Below, in pieces: positions 31,885 through 40,971 of a stretch of DNA of 64,000 bases (positions are counted from its first letter, which is position 1; each line of letters begins with the position of its first letter). The position numbers and the translations under genes were made by a program. The notes under the pieces were generated by a model, which ran no database searches, was not told where the DNA came from, and saw nothing but the letters and a program-made list of their open reading frames with translations. The DNA lies in contig CAXXXF010000015.1 in the NCBI GenBank assembly GCA_963667175.2, positions 256,001-320,000 on the forward strand, written 5' to 3'. The stretch comes from Candidatus Latescibacterota bacterium (GTDB lineage Bacteria; Latescibacterota; UBA2968; GCA-2709665).

Positions 31885-32037
31885 TATTACCTGGAGCAGT
31901 AAATAGTGGACAGTGGACAGTGGTCAGGAAGAGCAGTTGTCAGCTTCTACTTATTTTCAGGAGCAGCAAATAGTCGACATCCAGATCCAACCAAAGAAGA
32001 GTGGGAGGATGTAAACAATACGGTGCTCCCCGTAATA
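31885..32037 (-). mobile_element. MITE-like repeat family A, copy 2 (153 bp, intron-free)
   Basis: TIRs TATTACCTGGAGCA / TGCTCCCCGTAATA with terminal TA; homologous to copy 1. Confidence 0.8.
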
Positions 32038-32090
32038 CTACAACACGGTTCGGGTCGATGCAGTAATTGCGCGTCAGCGGACAAGACGAA

Positions 32091-33931
32091 TCAGACGATG
32101 CGCTCAAGTGTGAACGCGACCAATGGATCTTCTGTTTCTTCATAGTCGAATAGATCCTCCGCACTCGGCGAGACATCGGGCAGTGTGCCGTGAGCTTCAT
32201 CGCCAGCTTTAGGAATCGCGGCGTAATACATCATTGCTGAAATGCCAAACTTTATCCCGCTCACCGGAAGTAAACCCGTCAAAGCATCGCCCGTACTTTG
32301 CCTTCTCCCGCCCGTCTCTTCACCTATAAGTTGTCCCAGTCCGTAATCCTTAACAACTGCGGAAAACTCGGCTGCTGCCGAGAAGGTTTGCGGGCCAATC
32401 AGCACATAGAGATCGCCCTTAAACAGGTCCTCGCGCCGTTGAGGCAATACAGAGTCGTCCGACTCCGATATAATCATCCCGGTCAAGTCGCCGTAACGGG
32501 AGTATTCCGGATGCTGCTCGATCAGCAGGTCCGACACCTTAATGTCAACGCGAGACCACATCCTGAACGGCCTTTCTGTGAGAAACTCAAGCAGAAAAAC
32601 GACAAGGTCGGGATTTCCACCGCCATTTTGGCGCACGTCAATTATGAGGCGGCGGGTTTTCTTCGCCCTCAATTCCCCGAATAGACCTGCTATATACGTC
32701 CTTCTATTGTCGGTCTCAATGAAACTATCGCAATTGAAGTAGCAAGTATCGTTGTCATTATGGAAACGATGAAAGTCACATGACGCCTCCTTTTCAGGTA
32801 AGAGGTCGTCATATTCGCGTATCGATATGAGGTCAATTCGGTGTGTTGACGTCTTCTGCTTTTCTACAAATTGCATCGTTACCGGACTGTCATTGAACGG
32901 CGCGCACCAGGCTACATGGAATCGCTGGTTCTCTACAAATTGCGCGAGGCGGTGAGCATCCGATTCACTGGAAATCCTGCATAACGCTCGTTGTAGAAAG
33001 TGGTTGAGTGGTTGATCGCCTATGGATAGAAGTGACTTCCCTTTCAATTCCTCCAGACCCGGAATCGCATCTTCTACCACCAATTCGTCAAAACGCCGTT
33101 TCACCCGAAAGGGGAACATCAGGGCATCTGGGTTGTCCGCTTCAATCATATCTTCGGCAGGCATGACTTCCGTATGGCCGTCCCGAATGCGGGCGGCAGC
33201 TTCCGCAAGAATTCCTGAGAGTTCGGCGTACGAAATATGGCCGCGCGTCGCTTCTTTCCGCTCCAATCGAGAGCGAACTGATTTCTTTAGTTCCAGATAG
33301 TCTCCTCCTGCAACATGACGCAATGGATGGGGATGAACCCTCTCAAGTGTTGCGAAGAAATGGTCTGCATCGACCTGGCAATCATTGGCGGACAAGATCA
33401 GCGGAGAAAAATCATCATTCAGATTCCCACCATTGACGACCTCATCTTGCTGTGTGACGAAAAACGTAAAGTTCAATCTTAAACATTTCTTCATGTCGAC
33501 CAGGACAGTCGGGTCAGGCGCGCAGAATGCCGCTACGTGCCCTTCTCCCAGGGGATTGTGCCCTACAGCCGAGAACCCGATTTCGCCCTCGCGTTCGACG
33601 AGACACTTCTGTTCCTCTTCTGTTAGACCAAATGGCGTATCATTCAACGCAGAAAAGACAAGGTGGTTGGGCTTCGGCTCGAACAAGCCGTACACCACGT
33701 AATTTCCTTTCTCCAGACACGGGAGACAGTCTTTATCGTCCGTGCGCCAAAAGGATACGCGTTGAATGGAATGACGCTGCGACCATGCCCGCCAGTATTC
33801 CTTTAGAGACCGGATCTGTTTGTCCCATTCGTCGCAATTGAAATCAAAAATGACAAATAGCGAATCGCCGGATTTTTCTAATACCCGTTCCATTGTCAAC
33901 GCGGTCTGAGTGGCCGATGAAGTTTTCATCA
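32091..33931 (-). CDS. S41 family peptidase with uncharacterised N-terminal region
   Basis: IIDVRQNGGG, TFSAA, IGEETGG, GTLPDV. Start uncertain; the region appears more AT-rich than its flanks. Confidence 0.8.
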
Positions 33932-34129
33932 TAGTACTCTCAGCAAATGTATAGTCCGAATTATTCACGAAAACCGGTGGATCTTTCGTATAATCGGTTG
34001 ATTTTCAATAACATGAATGGAGAATATAACGAAAACCGTGATTCGTCGAAAGTCGAGTTGGCCGGCGTAATATTGGGGCGTCAGGTTGGCCTGAGTGACG
34101 ACGTGCGGTCTATGGTGAGTCGATTCCCT

Positions 34130-34310
34130 GCCGTTACTCGTTTTCTCGTGCAGTTCTCGCGCTCTTCGGTTTCCGTCCTGCTCCTGGTTTCTAATCCTGC
34201 AAATCCTGTAAATCCTGATCGTTTTTTCGCGTGTTTCGTAGTTTCTGATGTTCGTTTTCTCGTGCCTTTGTCGCGCTTTTTGGTTTCATCCTGTCCATCC
34301 ATGTTTGTTC
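34130..34310. repeat. Cluster of short periodic dispersed repeats
   Basis: 34130-34152 is identical to the reverse complement of 55045-55067. ~34223-34246 matches the reverse complement of ~504-526 with one mismatch. AATCCTG occurs three times with a 9-bp period. Confidence 0.6.
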
Positions 34311-34654
34311 CGTTTCATGAATTAATGGGGTTAAGTGGTTGATGACACAAAGATACCCAATTTACGTTCAGAAGCGCACAGGAATATTCGCCCGACGGTT
34401 CGAAGACATCGGATGACAGGTCATTTTCGAATCGCCATTGTATTTGACGTGGAATTTCACGCGTTCGAGCTATTGGATAGATTACACTTGGCTGAAGGGC
34501 TTCAGGACGCGTCCGTTGGCCTTCGAAAAGTATCGGTCAGCGCAGGCTTTGACTGGACACCCCAATTCAAGGGCACCCAGCGCTCGTGTCAATGTCTGAC
34601 TCTGGTTGATGAGCGCGGATTCAATCTGTGCTTCGCGACATGGCTTCTTGAAAC

Positions 34655-34689
34655 AAAAAACGGCCGCCGTTAAGCAGCCGTTTTTTTTA
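34655..34689. terminator. Putative bidirectional terminator
   Basis: AAAAAACGGC...GCCGTTTTTTTT hairpin downstream of the tlpA-like gene. Confidence 0.6.
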
Positions 34690-34759
34690 TGTTGAAACAT
34701 GATACCATTTTGGATCGCGCAGGACCTGGCGATTCCTGGTGGAAATAACCCGGACAGCT

Positions 34760-36847
34760 TCAGCCGGATCCCAGGCTGTAGATGATCTCTTCTACAATTG
34801 AATGTGTTTCCGTCATCAATCTGATACTGGAAAACCGCTCGACAATCCGTCCATCCGGGGCCACCAGAAAATAGGCCGGAATCCCGCGGACATTGTAGGC
34901 CCCGGCGGCGCCAGTACCTGAATTACCTATACGTACATGCACGCCTTCGATATTGTATTTCTCGATTGCCTTGCGCCAGGCCGCATCGCTTGCATCCAGC
35001 GAAAGATTAAGGAAAACGACCGACTTTCCTGTCACTTCTTTCTTGATTCTTCGGAGATAGGGGAGATCTTTGATGCAGGGACCGCACCAACTCGCCCAGA
35101 AGTCCAGAAGAACCACCTTGCCCCGGAACTGGCTCAACGACACCGGCTCGCCTTCCGGATTCGACAGCGTGAAATCGGGGGCCGGGCGCCCCGGCTGAAG
35201 CGCAAGCGCTTTGCTCAATGCCGCCGCCACCGCCGCATTGTATTCCGGATAGGGATTGATGGCTTGGAAGTCCTTCCACTTTCGGTTTGCCAATGCAAAG
35301 CCATCGCCGCCGTGGTGTTCGTATCCCATGATCAGTTGTCCAGCCAGAAACCAATAGAGTACTCTCCCCTCGAGTTTTTCTTTGGCCAGGTCGTATCTCC
35401 TGGAGAATTGTAAAATCCCGGATTTTCGGGCATAGATTGAATCCAGTTGGACCCGAACCGCTCGCTCCAATCCTATTTGTGACAAATTCAGCTTTTCGGA
35501 TAGCTTGAGCGTTTGTCGGTGTTTGTAGAGGGAGTCGATTTCAGCCCGGGCAGACCGTGACAGACCCAATCCGGACAGATCAACCAATTCAGACAATTCA
35601 GGCGTCCGGCGCAAGGCTCGGATCTTTTGCTCGTAGTTATCCGTGTATTCTCTCACAGGAATGTGTATTACCACGGCGCCGCCTGTCGTGTCGATTGAGG
35701 GGGTGTCGACCGTTTTCGACGTGATGAAGCTGATTCCTCGTCCACTGTTTTCGTAGAATGAGTCGAGCCGCGACTGAGCCGTGTGAGATAAACCCATCGC
35801 GGCCAATTCGTACCTCTCCGACAGTTTGGGCACTCGCCTTTTTTTGTACAGTGAGTCAAGGAGCAATCGCATCGCTTGCGGGAGTCCAAGTGCCGACATA
35901 TCAATCATCCTTGACAGATCAGGGTGCCGCCCGTGCTCTTCGTACAGGGAGTCGAGCCGAGCCCGGATCCCATCCGAGAGGTCCACACCCGACAGATCGA
36001 ACATCTTGGAAAAGGCTGGCGGTCCGGAAATGCGGCGCGACTCCCAATCAAGTTTACGCATCAAAAACGTATTATAATTCCCTACGCCTATGGCACTCTC
36101 GTCGACCAGTGGGATTTCATTCAAAAATTCGTAATATTCGCTTGTGATTTCTGCGTTTTCGAAACCGTTAGAGCGCGCGAAATTGGTCGGGTACGAAATC
36201 ATCAATCTTGCCCAGCCATAGTTGAAGTACCGGGTCGCATATTCGATAAATCCGGGAGACAGATTGTGTTCCTCACGCCATTTCTCAAGAAAACTGAACT
36301 GATCGGCGCGCCACCGTTTAACTTTTGAAATGAAATCTTCCACGGAAAGGACCTTGTAGTCAAGTCCACTCTGGAAGGTGCGGAATCGCCGAATCCATTT
36401 CGCCATAAAGCGGCTGTTGCCCGCGCTCTGGCCGCTGAAGCGGTACGAAGTCCGGAGATAACCCTGATCCACGGCAACGTGAAGGCTGTCGCCCGGTTCT
36501 ACATACATCAACAGCGGACTAGGCGGGCCGAACAGAAAGGAGCCCACCATACCAAGCCACTGCCATTTGGATCTCCGGCGATTGTACAGACACGTGACCA
36601 GAGTCCCGCGGACGACCGGTAGCTCAATGGCGAAACGGTTCTCGGTATCGAGAAGGACGCTCCGCTTGAGTTTTCGTCCCAGCGCGGACGGAGATTCGAA
36701 ACCGAATCTAATTTCGCGCGACCACGGCTCGCGAAACTCGCCCGTGATGATCGCAACCTCTTGCCTTCTGGGTGCGCTTTCCAGGGCCCAACAGGCGGTC
36801 GAAACCGCGAATATCGTGACTACGGCGCCAAAGTATGTTTTCGCCAT
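34760..36847 (-). CDS. Exported TlpA/redoxin-domain protein, paralogue of 29718..31793
   Basis: Same architecture as the paralogue; LDFWASWCGPC. Confidence 0.85.
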   Translation of the reverse strand: MAKTYFGAVVTIFAVSTACWALESAPRRQEVAIITGEFREPWSREIRFGFESPSALGRKLKRSVLLDTENRFAIELPVVRGTLVTCLYNRRRSKWQWLGMVGSFLFGPPSPLLMYVEPGDSLHVAVDQGYLRTSYRFSGQSAGNSRFMAKWIRRFRTFQSGLDYKVLSVEDFISKVKRWRADQFSFLEKWREEHNLSPGFIEYATRYFNYGWARLMISYPTNFARSNGFENAEITSEYYEFLNEIPLVDESAIGVGNYNTFLMRKLDWESRRISGPPAFSKMFDLSGVDLSDGIRARLDSLYEEHGRHPDLSRMIDMSALGLPQAMRLLLDSLYKKRRVPKLSERYELAAMGLSHTAQSRLDSFYENSGRGISFITSKTVDTPSIDTTGGAVVIHIPVREYTDNYEQKIRALRRTPELSELVDLSGLGLSRSARAEIDSLYKHRQTLKLSEKLNLSQIGLERAVRVQLDSIYARKSGILQFSRRYDLAKEKLEGRVLYWFLAGQLIMGYEHHGGDGFALANRKWKDFQAINPYPEYNAAVAAALSKALALQPGRPAPDFTLSNPEGEPVSLSQFRGKVVLLDFWASWCGPCIKDLPYLRRIKKEVTGKSVVFLNLSLDASDAAWRKAIEKYNIEGVHVRIGNSGTGAAGAYNVRGIPAYFLVAPDGRIVERFSSIRLMTETHSIVEEIIYSLGSG

Positions 36848-38805
36848 GAAACAGTTTCCTCTACATTCAACTTTACTCAGTGGGCTCTGGTGGATATACC
36901 CTTCGCATTCAGCGTGGTTCTTTTTTGTTGGATTTGTTGGGATGCGTTTTCGACATCCTGGGGTTTTCGAAGATGGCCAATTGGTTGTTCAGGAGGGCGT
37001 AGATTCGGTTGCCTCTCACGATGAACATGTCACTCGCCAGGTGATTCATCAGTGCCTTTTTGTCAAATCTTCCGAGTCCGCGCAAATACGCGTCGTAGAC
37101 CCCAATCCCCATTTTCTCCCGTGACGAAAAGGCGCCGTAGCGGGTTCTAACGTAGGTCTGAATGTCTCCCCCACGAATTGCGTATGCGGACCGTCCCAAG
37201 ATGGTCATTCCTCGAGGAAGATGCGTCCAGGGTATGTAATCGACCTCGACCGGATTCCTGGGGTCGCTAATGTCCACTACCGCGATTTCCCGTGGCAAGT
37301 GCCTCTCTATAAAGGCTCTCTCCTGCCCAACGGAAAGTGGACCCATTCCAGGCGGCGCAGGGACCACGTATTCCTGAAGCCCATCGGGTTCCAATTGCGT
37401 GATTTGCTCTCCCGGCCCTCCCGGAGACATTGTTCGGCGAAATTCTCCGACCATTTTCTCGTAATGAACGGCACGTCCGAACCGACGAAGTGAGATCCGA
37501 CTCAATTCACCAAATGTTCCAGGATCGGACAGATCAAGGACTACGAAATCGTGGCCAAGCGTCAAAAACGCATGCGGCCCTACGATGCGCATCTCCCAGC
37601 CGTTATTCCAGGCATGCTTCGTCACCTCTTCAATAGGCGAGGCTTGGATTCGTTGGGGCGGACCGCCTTTTCGAACGTCGAAACTGTGCAACTCCAGATC
37701 GTCGCTCTGTAGCAAACCGACGTACAGATGGCCATTCCATTCGCCCCACCCCACAAGTCGGGGAATACGTCGCAGCCAGGGGGTTGGGCCCTTGGCGATT
37801 TGATGATACATGCTCACGGCCTGTATGAGAGGGCGTCCGGGTTGGCTGAGATCAAACACTACCACGCCAACGCTGTCACGGACCTCGCCCCATACGTAGG
37901 CACGCGAGCCGTACAGTGCCAGACGTTCGAACCGCCAGTCACCCCTCTCCTTGCGACCCAGCTCCGCCGGCGCCCCCGGGTCGGTCACATCCACTACACT
38001 CAGGCCACGCTTCAGCAACACAACCGCCAGCCCGTCGTCTAACGCCATATCCGCCGTGTCTGACTTATACTTGAAGGTACCCAACGGCTTTGCCATCCCA
38101 CGGGAGGATGGGACGGCATCCAATCCCATGACGGCAATAGCGCCTACTATCGCGAGCGCTCCGACAACCCACGGAAAGCGCTCGCTCGCCTGCACTCCGA
38201 ACACCCTACAGGCGCAAACCAACGACCCGATAGCCAACAGAATGGTTACCCCGGAACTGGCAAGTAAGAGGGATGAATCTAAAGCCTGACGGACAATTTC
38301 CTCGTCCGCCACTATGTCCGGAACCGACAACAGCCTGAAATAGAACACGGCAATATCAGGAGCCAGCATCCTCCCAGCCATAATTAGTACGAATACAATC
38401 CAGGCGGCCATGAGGCTGCTCAACGCCGCCTTGAGCGGATGGTCAGTTAGAGTGGAAGCAAGTACGGCCCAACTGTAGGGAACCAGATAGAATGAAAACC
38501 ACAACAACCACACCCTGATAAACCCTACGTCTGCCAGAATCTCCTCCCAAGGGAGATACGTCCGCGCACTCAAGTCTATATCCAGAATATAACCGGTACG
38601 CACAAAGAACAATCCAGTCTCGGGCATTCGCAGGAATACGCCGAACCAGAACGCTGCGACCACTACCGCCAGCCCCGCAACTCCGACTGTGAATTGCACC
38701 ACCAGAATCTTCCACGGAGCCTGCGGCCGACAAAGCAGGAAAGGCAGTGTCATTTGGCTCCGCTCCCGGGAAATGAAGTCCATTCCCATCAACACAGCAC
38801 CTAAG

Positions 38806-40506
38806 GCGGCTTCGCTTTGCTCAGCCGCAACCAAAAAGGTGGTAGTCAAGAGCAGTTTGTTTTGTGGTATGAAAAACGGCGTTCGTCCTTTATGATGGTG
38901 GTCCCAACCGCCATCAACCCAAGGAGGAACGCCGTGAACGACTTCGTGGACCAATATAATGAAAAAATCAGTGGCGTGGTATCGTGTTTTGATCGGGTTT
39001 TGTTCAAGGGGTACCTGCCGCTGGGATTTGGCAATGCGATGGAGCGTTTCATGGGTAATCAGGGTTTTTTGTTGAAGGACTTCAAGCGTTTTGTGACGTC
39101 GCATTCCAAAACGATCAAAGCCCACGCGGAGGCGGTGGCGAGCAGGCACAAGCGCCCGTTCCTCTATCTCGACCGCAACACCGTCAGGAAAGAGGAGGAA
39201 GCGCGACGCATCGCCCAACGAGATGGGATCACCCGCGGCCTGGTCTGTGTGTTCCGCGCCGTGGAAGGCTGTCAGAGTTTCAAGCTGGTTCCAGGGGAAG
39301 GAAGGCCTCGCCTGCTCAACGCCCGGCGGAAGTGCCTGTGCTACTACTTCTACTATATCGACCGTGAGTTCGGGTTGCTGCATATCCGCATCCAGTCCTG
39401 GTTCCCCCTGGTGGTGCAGGTCTGTCTCAATGGCCACGAATACCTGGCGCGCAAGCTCGATAAAAACGGCATTGCCTATGAAAAAGCAGACAACGCGTTT
39501 CTATGGATCGACGACGTGGCCCGGGCGCAACGCTTTGCCGATCGTTTTGTCGAGAAGAATTGGCCGCGCATTCTCTCCGGGCTTGCCCGCAGGGTCAACC
39601 CCCTGCTCAAAGACCTGCTTTCGGGAATGGACTATTACTGGGTCGTTGACCAGGCTGAGTTCGCCACCGACGTGATGTTCACAAGCCCCCACGCCCTGAA
39701 GGTGCTGTATGAAAATCTGCTCAGACATACGGTGCTGTGCTTCTCCCCCCAGGACATCCTGACCTTCCTGGGACGCAAACTCCACGGCAACTTTCAGGGC
39801 GAAGTCCTCACGGACTTCAAAAACAAACGCCAACCCGGCGCACGGGTCAAACACCGGATGTGTGAGAACTGGATAAAAATGTACGACAAACACGGGCGCG
39901 TACTACGCATAGAGACAGTGATCAACCATCCAAGGCAGTTCAAGGTCCGCCGCTGGGGCATACGCCAAGGACAACGCGTGATGGGCTGGTATCCCATGGC
40001 CAAAGGCGTGGCCAACCTCTACCGCTATCGGGAAATCTCATTGAAGGCCAACCAACACTACCTTCATGCGCTGGCAGCAGCACCAGACACCGCGAAGAGC
40101 CGTCACAGCCTCACCACACTTGCCCGACCACGCAGGCACAGGGGGCGTACCTATCGGGGCTTCAATCCCGCCGACACCCGCGACCTCGACCTCTTCACCG
40201 CCGTCCTGAAAGGCGAACACGCCCTGATGGGCTTCCGCAATCGGGACATCCGAAAACACCTCTTCAAACAACCCAGAACCCTCGACCAGCGCCGACGGCA
40301 GGCCAACGCCGTCAGCCGACTTCTCAAACGCCTACACGTCCGAGGCCTGATCGCCAAAATCCCACGGTCCAGAAGATGGCGCGTCACACAGGCCGGACAC
40401 GTCACACTCGCGACTTCACTGACACTATACCACAAGCACACAAACCCTATCCAAGCAGCATGAACAAACTTCTACGCATCTTGCGTTGAAGTCTTACTGT
40501 AAGACT
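38806..40506 (+). mobile_element. TIR-less insertion element (1701 bp) flanked by CTAAG direct repeats, with terminal hairpins
   Basis: CTAAG at 38801-38805 and 40507-40511; hairpins at 38806-38828, 40468-40492 and 40490-40506; splits the host gene precisely. Confidence 0.9.
38934..40463 (+). CDS. Putative transposase of the element (Rep_trans-like core + C-terminal winged helix)
   Basis: AGGAGG RBS and GTG start; motifs QAEFATD and IKMYDK..VLRIET; C-terminal GFRNRDIR...SRLLKRLHVRGLIAKIPRSRRWRVT; the only ORF filling the element. Confidence 0.75.
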   Translation: MNDFVDQYNEKISGVVSCFDRVLFKGYLPLGFGNAMERFMGNQGFLLKDFKRFVTSHSKTIKAHAEAVASRHKRPFLYLDRNTVRKEEEARRIAQRDGITRGLVCVFRAVEGCQSFKLVPGEGRPRLLNARRKCLCYYFYYIDREFGLLHIRIQSWFPLVVQVCLNGHEYLARKLDKNGIAYEKADNAFLWIDDVARAQRFADRFVEKNWPRILSGLARRVNPLLKDLLSGMDYYWVVDQAEFATDVMFTSPHALKVLYENLLRHTVLCFSPQDILTFLGRKLHGNFQGEVLTDFKNKRQPGARVKHRMCENWIKMYDKHGRVLRIETVINHPRQFKVRRWGIRQGQRVMGWYPMAKGVANLYRYREISLKANQHYLHALAAAPDTAKSRHSLTTLARPRRHRGRTYRGFNPADTRDLDLFTAVLKGEHALMGFRNRDIRKHLFKQPRTLDQRRRQANAVSRLLKRLHVRGLIAKIPRSRRWRVTQAGHVTLATSLTLYHKHTNPIQAA

Positions 40507-40671
40507 CTAAGAGTCCCACCAGGTGGCTCATGATCTGGACTTCAGACCCTCCAGATAGTCCACTTTCTGCACGTGCACACAACAGCCCGACAATCATCGC
40601 CAGGCCGGCGCCGGCGGCGATTTTGTAGGCGGATTCGCGGGATTCCTTCCAGAACAGAGCGCCGATGGGGT

Positions 40672-40896
40672 TCATGGTTGTCCTCCTGATTCCGGATGGA
40701 CTTGGGCGACAAACGCCTCCTCGAGCCCGACGTCCATCACGTCCTCGATACACCCGCCCTGCCCCTGGATGCGCGCGGCCAGTTGCTCGACGGCGACGAT
40801 CGCGATCTCTTGCCTTGTGGGTGCGCTTTCCAGGACGTAACATGCGGTCGAAGCCACGAATATCGTGACTACGCCGCTAAAGCTTGTTTTCGCCAT
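40672..40896 (-). pseudogene. Chimeric remnant: TlpA-protein N-terminus fused to ABC ATPase C-terminus
   Basis: MAKTSFSGVVTIFVASTAC...RQEIAIV resembles the N-terminus of 34760..36847; AARIQGQGGCIEDVMDVGLEEAFVAQVHPESGGQP resembles the C-terminus of 43059..43958. Confidence 0.85.
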
Positions 40897-40971
40897 GAAA
40901 CCGTTTCCTTTGAATTCATCCTTCCTCAACGGGCCCGGGTGGATATACCCTTCACATTCGACGTCGTTCAT

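Larger units (their letters stand above)
36909..40675 (-). pseudogene. ABC-2-type permease with C-terminal LVIVD-like repeats, interrupted by an insertion element
   Basis: The N-terminus MNPIGALFWKESRES...SHLVGLL (40675-40508) joins GAVLMGMDFISRERS (from 38801). Removing 1706 bp restores a 686-aa ORF collinear with the paralogue 40972..43062. Confidence 0.9.

Noticed and set aside
33947-34700. Short ORFs between the S41 and TlpA genes
   Set aside because: They overlap repeat-rich sequence and have no RBS or motif support.
38806-39437. N-terminal part of the 842-aa ORF 36909..39437
   Set aside because: It is antisense IS sequence that happens to be open in frame with the truncated permease.
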